This document shows, piece after piece, positions 54,096 to 64,000 of a stretch of 64,000 bases of DNA. The position numbers and the translations under genes were made by a program. Position 1 is the stretch's first letter. The number at the start of each line of letters is the position of its first letter. The notes below the pieces were generated by a model that ran no database searches, had not been told where the DNA came from, and was given only the letters and a program-made list of their open reading frames with translations. Origin of the DNA: an uncultured Gemmataceae bacterium (GTDB lineage: Bacteria > Planctomycetota > Planctomycetia > Gemmatales > Gemmataceae); contig CAVVPN010000011.1 in the NCBI GenBank assembly GCA_963750165.1, forward strand, positions 448,001 to 512,000, in the 5' to 3' direction.

Positions 54096-54153
54096 CGAGC
54101 GGGGTTGCGTCAGCGCCCCGTGCGCGCACGGGGCGCTGACGCGACCCCGCTCG
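54096..54153. repeat. REP hairpin
   Basis: cgagcggggttgcgtcagcgccccgtgc and near-perfect inverse. Confidence 0.85.
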
Positions 54154-54257
54154 CCGGCAGGACAGCGGTAGTATACCAACGCCAGTTGCTCTAGGAAGCG
54201 ATTTCCCCAGACCGTACAATGCCCCGTCGGAACGCGCCGGTCCACGGAGGGATCGCC

Positions 54258-55271
54258 ATGCCCGAGAGTGCCAGCAATCTGGTCGTAGAAACCTACAAGC
54301 TGACCAAGATTTACCAGAATCGCCAGATCGCCCTGAACGATGTGACGCTGCGCCTCGAACCGGGTTGCGTCCTCGGCCTGCTCGGCGCCAACGGCGCCGG
54401 CAAGACCACCCTGCTGCGCCTCATCCTCGGCCTGCATCGTCCCACCGCCGGCTGGGTCAAGGTCTTCGACCAGAAGATGACGCCCAACGCCGCCCACCTG
54501 CGCTGCCGCATCGGCTACATCCCCACTAACCCGCAGTTCCCGCGCGGCATGACGCCGATCACGTACCTCGACTACATCGCCCGGCTGTTCGGCATCCCCG
54601 CCGGCGTGCGCAAGTCGCGGCTGGCGTCGCTGATCCGCGCCGTCGATCTGCTGCACGCCTCCGGCGACCGCATCGACGGCTTCTCCAACGGCATGACCGC
54701 CCGCCTGGCTGTGGCCACCAGCCTCATCAACGAGCCGGACCTGCTCATCTGGGACGAGCCGACGCACGGCCTCGACCCGGAAGCCCGACGGAGCATGCTC
54801 GAACTCATCAAGACGCTGGCGCGCGAAAAGACACTGATCGTCTCCAGCCACAACCTGGGCGACATCGACGAGGTGTGCAACCACGCCGCGGTGCTGAGTC
54901 GCGGCCACCTGATCTATTACGGCAGTTTGCAAGATTTGAAGGGCCGGATGCGCCGCAACCATTTCGAGCTGGACCTGGAAGGCGATCAGAAGTCGATCAC
55001 CAAGGCGGCGCAGACGATCAAGGGCATGGCAGAGTTCAAGTCGGTACTTGGCCGGCAGCGGCGGTTGGAGTTGGTGCTGCACGAGGAGGCGAACAACACC
55101 GCGGCGCTGGCGAACGTGTTCATGACGCTGGCGGACAACAAGATAACGCTGGTGAGCATCCGCAGCGTCGGCCAGCAGACGGAGCAGGCGTTCCTCGACC
55201 TGGTGGTCAAGGAGGAGTCGCGCGGTTTCGCCCGGGCGTACTCGGCGCCGACGGACTCGGAAGCGGCTTGA
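54258..55271 (+). CDS. ABC transporter ATP-binding protein
   Basis: GANGAGKTT, FSNGM, IWDEPTHGLDP. Confidence 0.92.
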   Translation: MPESASNLVVETYKLTKIYQNRQIALNDVTLRLEPGCVLGLLGANGAGKTTLLRLILGLHRPTAGWVKVFDQKMTPNAAHLRCRIGYIPTNPQFPRGMTPITYLDYIARLFGIPAGVRKSRLASLIRAVDLLHASGDRIDGFSNGMTARLAVATSLINEPDLLIWDEPTHGLDPEARRSMLELIKTLAREKTLIVSSHNLGDIDEVCNHAAVLSRGHLIYYGSLQDLKGRMRRNHFELDLEGDQKSITKAAQTIKGMAEFKSVLGRQRRLELVLHEEANNTAALANVFMTLADNKITLVSIRSVGQQTEQAFLDLVVKEESRGFARAYSAPTDSEAA

Positions 55272-55282
55272 TGAAAAAGGAT

Positions 55283-55377
55283 TTCACCACGGAGCACGCG
55301 GAGCGCGCGGAGAGAAGACAAAAGTTGTTTCAATTCTTTTGTCTTCTCTCCGCGCGCTCCGCGTGCTCCGTGGTGAA
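55283..55377. repeat. 9-nt-periodic CRCGGAG hairpin, 42-bp perfect arms
   Basis: Lies between the ABC ATPase and permease genes. Confidence 0.92.
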
Positions 55378-55395
55378 TATTATTTGGAGAATGGC

Positions 55396-56169
55396 ATGGA
55401 CGCCACCCCCGCGAAGCGCCTCCGCGTCAATCGCCTGCTGCCCTACTGGGCGGTCTTTCAGGCGGACTTCCGGCACACGCTCACCAGCTGGGTCTATCGC
55501 GTCTGGGTGCTGCTGTCGCTGTTCGCGGCGGTCGGCTGCCTGTTGTACCGCTTCGGCGCCTACCGCGTCGCCGGCATGGTGCAGCCCGCCTCAGAGCTGG
55601 TCAGCGACCTGATGCACTGGACCGTCCTCGGCAGCGTCACGCTCATCATCGTGCTGACGGGCGGCTGCATTTCGTCGGAGCGCGGCAACCTGGCCGACTC
55701 CATCCTCAGTCGCGGCATCAGTCGCCGGCAGTATTTCCTGGGCAAATGGCACGCCCGCCTGGCCGCGATCCTCGGCACGTTTTTCGTGCTCGGCGTCGCG
55801 GTGCTGGTCAGCAGCATGTTGCTGCTGCGCGATGAGAACCTCGACTGGAAAGGCAGTGCCCTGGCGCTGGCAACGGTGGCGGGACTGCTGGCCATCGTCA
55901 TCAGCTGCGGCGTGACCATCAGCGCCGTGTCCAACAGCACGGTGATGGGCATTGGTGCGCTGTGGCTGGTGATGTACGGCACGGGCTTTTTGCTGTCGCT
56001 GCTGCCGGCGGACTACCCGTCGCCGGACCGGGCCTTGCACAACCTGCCGCACATTCTGCGTGGGATGTACGATCCGTTCACGGTGGGCCGGCTGATTGTC
56101 GGGTCGGTGTCGGTGTCCGTGCTGGTCGCTGTCGTGGGGCTGGTGTGCTTTTCCCGGCGAGATGTCTGA
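55396..56169 (+). CDS. ABC-2 type permease
   Basis: About 6 TM segments; ISSERG..ILSRGISRRQYFLGK; ends FSRRDV. Confidence 0.88.
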   Translation: MDATPAKRLRVNRLLPYWAVFQADFRHTLTSWVYRVWVLLSLFAAVGCLLYRFGAYRVAGMVQPASELVSDLMHWTVLGSVTLIIVLTGGCISSERGNLADSILSRGISRRQYFLGKWHARLAAILGTFFVLGVAVLVSSMLLLRDENLDWKGSALALATVAGLLAIVISCGVTISAVSNSTVMGIGALWLVMYGTGFLLSLLPADYPSPDRALHNLPHILRGMYDPFTVGRLIVGSVSVSVLVAVVGLVCFSRRDV

Positions 56170-56187
56170 GGCAGGTCGTTGCGATTC

Positions 56188-56390
56188 TCAGGACTTTTGC
56201 TGACCGCTGCCCGGCTGATACACGCGGCGACCGTCCTGATAGCCGGTGATGTAGCCGTTGCCGTCCGTCTGGCCGTTGGCCAGGTCGCTCGCTTCCGGGC
56301 GCGGGCGCTCAGGGCACTGTACAGTTCCGATGTCTTCAGACCGGCCTTGCGACCGCGGTTGATGAGGGTTTGATAATCTGTGTGACTCAT
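56188..56390 (-). CDS. Small hypothetical protein, frameshift near 56300
   Basis: MSHTDYQTLINRGRKAGL + PEASD..DGNGY; GGAG RBS. Confidence 0.55.
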
Positions 56391-56657
56391 GGTGCGTTGC
56401 TCCCGGGCGATGCCTTGCCCCTGGTTGAATAATACTCTTTTTCGGGACAGAAAGGCGGGAAACTTGATCGCATTTCCCATGCCGCGACTTGAAGGAATCC
56501 GCGGATTCCCGACATCTTCTTTTATCTCCTTGCAAACAAAGCGGTTTGGTCGATTCCATCCGCAGTCGTGGGCGCACCGCGGCGCGCAACCGTTGCGGAA
56601 CTCTGCAACAGAGTGTTCATAAACCCTTACAGTTGCTGTACTTTTTTGGGACACCCG

Positions 56658-57578
56658 TCAGCCGAGGTGGTTCATGGGTGTGGCCTGGCGCAGTGCGGCG
56701 ATGCTGGCCCGTGTGGCCTGCTCGACGACGGCTTCCCAGTCGGGGTCGGCGGGTGCAAACGAGCCGATGATGCCACGGGAATTGTTGACGACCGCGCCAG
56801 TGCCGTCCGGGCGGAAGGCGGCGGCGGTGTCGGCGGCGCTGCCGCCCTGGGCGCCGTAACCCGGCACCAGGAAAAGCACGTCCGGCAGCAGTTGGCGCAC
56901 CACCGCCAGCTCCGCCGGGTGTGTAGCGCCGACGACGGCACCCACGTCCCCCAGACCGCAAGCGCCCCGGTGCTCCGCCGCCCAGGCGCCGACTGCCGCG
57001 GCGACGTGCTGGTAGAGCGGTTTGCCGTCGCAGAGCAAATCTTGAAAAAGACTGGCGCCGCGGTTGCTGGTGCGGACGAGGACGAAGACGCCGCGACCGT
57101 CCAGGCGGGCGCTGCGCAGAAAGGGCTCGACGGCATCGCGGCCAAGGTAGGGGTTGATGGTCAGGGCGTCAGCGTCCCAGACGGGCAGCGGGGGGCCGCC
57201 GTGGCGCACGCCAGCGAAGGCGGCGTCGGCATACGCGACTGCGGTGTCGGCGATGTCGTTGCGCTTGCCGTCGAGGATGGTGAGCACGCCTCGTGCGCGG
57301 GCTCGGCGCAGGACGCGCTGCAGCGCGGTCAGTCCGGCGGGGCCACACGCCTCGAAGAAGGCGCACTGCGGCTTCACCACCGGCACCAGCGGCGCGACCA
57401 CATCCAGGATGCGTAGTGCGAACTCCTCAAAGGCGGCGGCGACGGCATCCAGGGTGGCATTGCCGTGGCGGCGGCGCAGTTCGTCCGGCAACAGATCCCA
57501 GCGCGGGTCGAGGCCGACGCACAAAGCGTTGCCGCGCTGGCGGCTCAGGGCGGTCAGGCGGTCGGCGAAGTGGTCGAT
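56658..57578 (-). CDS. pyrF: Orotidine 5'-phosphate decarboxylase
   Basis: CVGLDP, KPQCAFFE, DGKRNDI, PGYGAQGG, NSRGI. Confidence 0.95.
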   Translation of the reverse strand: MDHFADRLTALSRQRGNALCVGLDPRWDLLPDELRRRHGNATLDAVAAAFEEFALRILDVVAPLVPVVKPQCAFFEACGPAGLTALQRVLRRARARGVLTILDGKRNDIADTAVAYADAAFAGVRHGGPPLPVWDADALTINPYLGRDAVEPFLRSARLDGRGVFVLVRTSNRGASLFQDLLCDGKPLYQHVAAAVGAWAAEHRGACGLGDVGAVVGATHPAELAVVRQLLPDVLFLVPGYGAQGGSAADTAAAFRPDGTGAVVNNSRGIIGSFAPADPDWEAVVEQATRASIAALRQATPMNHLG

Positions 57579-57839
57579 GGCAGACTCCTGACCAGACAGA
57601 AAGCGAAGGCGAACCGGACCTTCGGGCCAATTCCAGAAATAGTTTACCTGCCGTCGTCTGTGGCGTCCATGAGAGCGGTCCCAACGAACGTAGCGATGAC
57701 GGAGAGACCTGGTGATTTTGTGGAAGCGCTTGAACTATGTCTGAGAGGTGGGTAAAAAAACTGCCCGTCACGGATTGTGGGGCGGGCAGGTTTTTCGGCC
57801 CCGTCCCCGGTGCGCCGCAGGCTCCGTTGGAGAACCCCG

Positions 57840-58799
<960 letters not shown>

Positions 58800-59163
58800 C
58801 CCGGCCGCGGGCCCCGCACTTTTTTCACCCGACTCTCACCAGTTTCTCATTTTCTCGTATTACCATAAGTTTATATTTATTCAGGCACCCGCCCCGATCC
58901 CACTGCACCACTCCTCTCCACCCGGTTCGTCATCCAACCGCCCGAAGTCCACCACCCTGCCGCCCCACGCGAGGAGTCCGCCACATGGTTTCTCTGAGTT
59001 TTCTCATCCTCAACTCATCCGACTCTCATCTTCGGGCGTTAATATAAAACACAACTTATACTTCCCCAGACCTCTTTCTGGGGAGAATGTGCATCCCGAT
59101 GTTTCCGGGAATTATCCCGTCTGCATCCCTTGGTCGCGTGGAAGCACCTTGGAGTAACTGCTT

Positions 59164-60195
59164 ATGTCCATCCTCTGGATGGACCCCACCCTGGCTGTGC
59201 TCTGCACGGTCGGGATTGGTGGTTCCGCGCTCGGGTTGTTCGGATTGCTGCGTTCCAAACCTCTGGGCGGGTTCTGGCGCGTGGCGGCAGTCACGTTGGC
59301 GGTGCTGGCGGTTGGACTGGCCGCCCGGGCGGCATGGCTCGGACAGGCGGCCGGCTTCTGGGCGCCGCCGCTGGCCCTGGCCGGAGTGTGTCTGGCGTTT
59401 CGGTTCGTGCGCAGCGCGGCGGCTGGCCGGCTGGCCGGCTGGCTGGGCGTCGGCCTCCGCTCCCACCGCTGTCAGGCGACGGGCCTGCTGCTGGGCAGTT
59501 TCGCCTTCGCGGGCTGGTGGACCGTGTGGATCACGGACGTGCCGGAACCTCCTGGGCTCGAACAGGCTCTGGAACTGCTAACCGACGACTGGGGCCTCTC
59601 CCTGGAAGAATTGTCGCCGGGCCTGGCGTGGACCGACGAGGGCCGCCCGCTCCGCCTGCACGCCTCCAGGAACCCGCTGCCGGTCACCGAGGAGTTGCGC
59701 GCCAAGCAGAGCGCCATCCTGCGCCGCTTCAACCTTCAGGAGCGTGTCATCGCGCTGCCCAACGCGGACCAGAATTGCAACTGTCACGGCTGGGCGTTCA
59801 CCGGCGGCCGCTACTGGGTTTCTCCGGGCGACGTGGAACACCTGCTGCGCGACAACGGCTACCAGATCGTCTCGCAGCCCCAGGCCGGCGACCTGGTGGT
59901 TTACCGCGCGGCCGACGGCGGCAAGATCATCCACACTGGCGTGGTGCGCCTGGCAAACGAGGGCCTGCTGCTGGTCGAGAGCAAGTGGGGCGCCATGGGC
60001 CGCTTCCTGCACCCCCATGACGCTCATTGTTACGGCGAGCCCGAGTGTCAGTTCTATCGCAGCCGCCGCCCCGGCCACCTGGTCCGCGGCCTGCCCGGCA
60101 CCCCGGGCGCCACCGCCCCGGCCGTCGCCACCGCCCCCCAGAACCCCCCTGCTCAGTGGCAGACGCCGTCCGCCGTGGAGACCGCGACGGACTGA
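59164..60195 (+). CDS. Membrane protein with papain-like Cys/His domain
   Basis: About 4 TM segments, then NCHGWAF, GDLVVY, IIHTG, ESKWG. Confidence 0.65.
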   Translation: MSILWMDPTLAVLCTVGIGGSALGLFGLLRSKPLGGFWRVAAVTLAVLAVGLAARAAWLGQAAGFWAPPLALAGVCLAFRFVRSAAAGRLAGWLGVGLRSHRCQATGLLLGSFAFAGWWTVWITDVPEPPGLEQALELLTDDWGLSLEELSPGLAWTDEGRPLRLHASRNPLPVTEELRAKQSAILRRFNLQERVIALPNADQNCNCHGWAFTGGRYWVSPGDVEHLLRDNGYQIVSQPQAGDLVVYRAADGGKIIHTGVVRLANEGLLLVESKWGAMGRFLHPHDAHCYGEPECQFYRSRRPGHLVRGLPGTPGATAPAVATAPQNPPAQWQTPSAVETATD

Positions 60196-60267
60196 GTGCT
60201 GAGCCCGAAGCGCCAGCGCGGGATCTCGCGCTGGCGCCTCGGCCTTAAGGTTTTGTCCGCCGACTTC

Positions 60268-61188
60268 CTAGAACCGCACCCCGAAGTTGAACAGCAAGTT
60301 GATGCCCTGCACGTCGGCGTCGCTGCCCTGGAGGATGTCGCTCCAGGTGTAGTCCCACTCGGCCCGCACGCCGACGTAGTAGGTGCAGCAACCGCAGGGG
60401 ATTTCGAGGTCGGTGTGGACCGCCGCCCAGACGCCGGCGATCGTGTCGGTGCGGTGGCGGATCTCGTTGAAGTCGGCCATCTCGCTACCGTAGCGGCCGC
60501 CCCCGTCGAATCCCACCCGCCAGTTCAACGTGCCGCAGCCGGCGGAGCCACACAAATAATATTCGCGGCCGGCGCCCAGGTTCAGGAAGGTCCGGTTCAG
60601 GGAGCGGATGGTCACGCCCGGCAGGTTGCCGGTGCCGAAGTTGGCCCGCGTCGGGTTCGTCTGCCCCGCCGCCGGCGGCACCAGGATGCTCAGCGGCACC
60701 TGGATGTCCGGCTGCGACGCATGGTTCCAGGTGCTGCTGATGCCCAGCTCCAGCGTCCACGCCTGCGTGTTCTCCGGGTTGAAGAACAGGCTGCGGCCGC
60801 CCGCGCCCACCATGACGCCGGTTTGCAGCGACCGGGCCATGGGGCCACCGCCGAACGGGATCGCGGCGCCGACGCGGCCGAACAGCTCCCGCCGGATGGG
60901 GCCGTCGCCGCCGAACGGCCCCAGGCAGCAGGGCGCGAACGTGTGGCCCAGAATCCACTGCGACAGCGTCCCGGGCCGATCCAGCGTCGGCGGCTTCTGG
61001 CTCGGGTCATCCGCCGGGCCGAACTGGTTGTTCGGTTCGTCGAGTGGGTTGTTCGGTGTGTACGGCGGTTGGCCCATGCTCGGCCCGAAGTTCGGGGTCG
61101 TCGTCGAGTACGGCGCCTGGCCTCGGGCCACCCCGGAGCCCAGGACAGCCACCAGCAGCGCGGAGCACAGGACAGACTTGGCGCTCAT
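60268..61188 (-). CDS. Secreted, probably outer-membrane beta-barrel protein
   Basis: Signal peptide; alternating beta strands; C-terminal FGVRF. Confidence 0.65.
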   Translation of the reverse strand: MSAKSVLCSALLVAVLGSGVARGQAPYSTTTPNFGPSMGQPPYTPNNPLDEPNNQFGPADDPSQKPPTLDRPGTLSQWILGHTFAPCCLGPFGGDGPIRRELFGRVGAAIPFGGGPMARSLQTGVMVGAGGRSLFFNPENTQAWTLELGISSTWNHASQPDIQVPLSILVPPAAGQTNPTRANFGTGNLPGVTIRSLNRTFLNLGAGREYYLCGSAGCGTLNWRVGFDGGGRYGSEMADFNEIRHRTDTIAGVWAAVHTDLEIPCGCCTYYVGVRAEWDYTWSDILQGSDADVQGINLLFNFGVRF

Positions 61189-61390
61189 GGGTCCCTCATT
61201 TCGCAGGAACAGTTGCCCGGCTTGAACTCGCCGACAATGCGATGGGTCAATCTATTCTTCGGACAGCGACTGCATCGGGTTTAGCAAAAACGCCGACTGC
61301 ACCGATCCTGAGGGGGCTACGCTTTGCGCGGGCGACCCGGACAGGTATGCTGGGAAGGAGGGGAAAACAATTTCAAGCAGGGGAGCGCTC

Positions 61391-62835
61391 TTGACGCAAG
61401 CTGTGGAATTGCGGGACTCGGACCTGGCGCGGCGCTTTCTGCTGCAAGGGCTCTGGCTGCAGCGGGTGTTGCCGCCGAGACCGGAGCGACTGCGGCCGGT
61501 CCTTGACTGGGCGCTGGAGATCGCGGGTTCCGGCCAACCACTGCCGCCGGTCGGGCTGGTCGCCGACCTGGGCCACCGCGCCCTGCGGCTCGACGAGGGT
61601 TCTCGGACACCGGGCCGCGCCGACGAGGTGCCCGGTCTGCCGCACGCCCTGACGCGCATGTACGAGGATTACGTCCTGGGCAAGGCGTTCGCCGACAGTT
61701 CCTTCGAGCGCGCCGGCGACGCCCTGCGCCGCTACGCCGTGGGCCGCGAGCAGGCGCGTGGCCTGGCGTTCCTGGTGAACCAGTTCAGCGCGCGCGCCGA
61801 CTTCGGCGGCGTGCTGCTGAGCCCCAACGTCATCAAGGCGCTGCAGCGCGAGGCCGCCGAGGCGCTGCTGGCCGAGGGTCGCTGGCAACTGCAGAACGAC
61901 GGGCCGCTGCCGTTGCTGGTCGAGTTGTACGCGGCGCTGGGCACGGCGGCCCGCTGGCTGGCGGAGATGCTTGGGCCGGAGGACGTGTTTGAACTGGAGC
62001 ACCGCACCGCCCTGGACGACCTGGGCCAGCGTGTCGCGTTGCGGCAGGTGCTGCGAACCGCCGAGCGCCTGGAGACCGCCCTGCCGCGGCACCGGCCACG
62101 GCCGCGCCTCGGCCGCCAGGAGGTGCCGACGCGCGTGCTCGATGAAGACACTTACCCCGTTGGCGGTTTCTCATCGCTCTCGACGCGCGGCAGTGTCGAG
62201 AGCCTGCTGCACTCGCAGCTGGCGTTCATGGAACCGGAGCGGCCCGACCTGTTCGACATCAAGTATCTGCGCGACGAGTTGCTGTACTACGCCCGGGACG
62301 AGAACCAGTTCCTGCGACGGCGGCGCACGTTCGTGCTGGCGCTGTGCCCGGACCTGGTGAAGGCCCGCTTCAAGGGGCCGGACGCGCCCTATCAGGCGAT
62401 CATTCTGGTGCTGGCTCTGGTCGTTGTGGCGGTGCGCAAATTGACCGAATGGCTCAGCAGCGATGCGTTGACGTTCGAGGTGGTGTTCGTGGCGGCGGAG
62501 GCGCCGGGGCCGTTGCAGGACGAGCGGCGCCTGCTGGAGACGCTGCTGCGCGAGCCGATCGCCAACGGCACATTGGTGCTGCGCACGGCGACGACGCTGG
62601 CCGAGGTGGCGGCTCTGTGTGCCGGGCGAGCGCGGCGGAGTCTGTGTCACTGCCTGACGATCACCACCGACCGCGCCCCGCTCCAGCCCCCGGATACGTG
62701 GGTGGTGGAACTGCGCTGAACGGCCCGACGCCGACGCTGGTTGGCACCGAACAGGAGGCGCCGGCGGTGGAGACCAACGACGGACTGCAGGACTGGTACA
62801 CGGCGACATGGTCGTTGCTGGAAGGATGGCTGTGA
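61391..62835 (+). CDS. Conserved hypothetical protein (possible MoxR/vWA partner), frameshift near 62715
   Basis: Long ORF; GGFSSLSTRGSVESLLHSQL, ELLYYARDE. Confidence 0.55.
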
Positions 62836-62877
62836 GACAGAAACGCTTCTTTTTACCGCTTGCGGCAGGAAAAAATG

Positions 62878-62916
62878 CTCCGAGCCGAGGACCCTTGCGG
62901 GCCCCCGGCTCGGGAG
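62878..62916 (-). terminator. Putative terminator hairpin
   Basis: ctccgagccg / cggctcgggag stem followed by T6 on the minus strand, between convergent genes. Confidence 0.4.
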
Positions 62917-62960
62917 GTTACCGGCGGGGTTCCCGAAGAACCCCGAGCCGATGAGGACGG

Positions 62961-64000
62961 TTAGTTGCCGCGCACCGGGCTCGCCGGGATCGTCGTCGCG
63001 GCCGGGACGGGCGGCATCGCCGGCGGAGCCGTGGTCGTCGTGCCATAGCCGCCGTCACAGCAACCGCTGTTGCAGCAGCTGGTCGCACACGGGTCGCAGG
63101 CCATCCGGTGCCGGAACAACCGCTGCAGCAGGCCTTCCCGCGGGCAGGTGTCGCAACAGTTGGTCGGCGGGCAGCAGGTCGTTGTCGGGCAGCAGCTGGT
63201 CTCGCAGCAGTTCGACGACCGGTGGAAGAAGTTGAACCGGCTCAGGAAGCACGACCGCGTCTCGCAGCAGGCGTTGCTCGGGCAGCAGCCGCTCTGCGGG
63301 CAGCAGTTGCTCTGCGGGCAGCAGTTGCTGGGCGGGCAGGCCGGCGGGCACTCGTTGACCAGCACGGGCACCTGCCGGCACACCTTCACGGGCACACACA
63401 CCTGCACGCACTCCTTGACCGTCTTGCAGACGGTCGTCGGCACGCACTGGGTCACCGTGTACGGCACCTGGACGTTGACGGTGTACGGCACCTGCTTGCA
63501 GACGGTCACCGGCACCTGCTTGCAGACGGTGTAGGGCACCATCGTGCAGACCTGGTACGGCACCTTCTTGTGGCAAACTTCCGGGACCATCGTGCAGACG
63601 GTGTAGGGCACCTTCTTGCAGACGGTGTGCGGGACCATACGGCACACCTGGTACGGCACCTTCTTGACGCAGCACTCGGTCACGGTCTGCCAGGAGGTGT
63701 AGGGCACCTTCTTGACGCAGGTTTCCTGCACCATGCGGCAGCTCGTGGTCGTGATGGTGCGGCGGATCTGGCCGCCGCACTGGAACGACCGACCCGGGGC
63801 TTCGCAGTCGTGGCCGACGCCTGCGCTGTCCACCCAGGCGCCCTGGCAGGTACGGGTGACCTGGTAGGGCACCTTCTGGCAGACGGTCTCGTTGACCATG
63901 CGGCACACGGTGTACGGCACCTGCTTGGTGACCGTCTCCTGGACGTTGCGGGTGACCTGGTAGGGCACCTTCTGGACGACGGTGTAGGGCACCTGCTTGT
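62961..64000 (-). CDS. Cys-rich repetitive protein (5' end outside the window)
   Basis: KVPYxVCxMVxE repeats followed by xxCCP pentads. Confidence 0.8.
   Translation of the reverse strand, partial: KQVPYTVVQKVPYQVTRNVQETVTKQVPYTVCRMVNETVCQKVPYQVTRTCQGAWVDSAGVGHDCEAPGRSFQCGGQIRRTITTTSCRMVQETCVKKVPYTSWQTVTECCVKKVPYQVCRMVPHTVCKKVPYTVCTMVPEVCHKKVPYQVCTMVPYTVCKQVPVTVCKQVPYTVNVQVPYTVTQCVPTTVCKTVKECVQVCVPVKVCRQVPVLVNECPPACPPSNCCPQSNCCPQSGCCPSNACCETRSCFLSRFNFFHRSSNCCETSCCPTTTCCPPTNCCDTCPREGLLQRLFRHRMACDPCATSCCNSGCCDGGYGTTTTAPPAMPPVPAATTIPASPVRGN

Overview
High-GC bacterial DNA. The gene content (DUF1559 prepilin-like protein plus lipoprotein, PQQ/di-haem dehydrogenase, LRR protein, DUF1570-like protein, fhcA remnant) points to a planctomycete, probably Gemmataceae; this is an inference. 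Core genes include hisF, pilT, glnB/K, hemF, pyrF, pyrB, an aldehyde dehydrogenase, an ABC transporter and a CAT-anticodon tRNA. Many ordinary genes carry single-base frameshifts, most likely uncorrected long-read errors. Main points of interest: (1) an integron-type cassette array at about 7.3-11.7 kb with three attC sites, two tandem attI-like sites and no integrase in the window; (2) a C25-peptidase / inactive transglutaminase-7TM / ATP-grasp ligase operon; (3) several palindromic and 7- or 9-nt-periodic repeat families, two of them inserted in frame in hisF and an ArnT-like gene; (4) a decayed toxin-antitoxin-like locus at 42.2-45.2 kb hit by ISL3, a palindromic MITE and IS630. All calls come from reading the sequence by eye, with no database searches.
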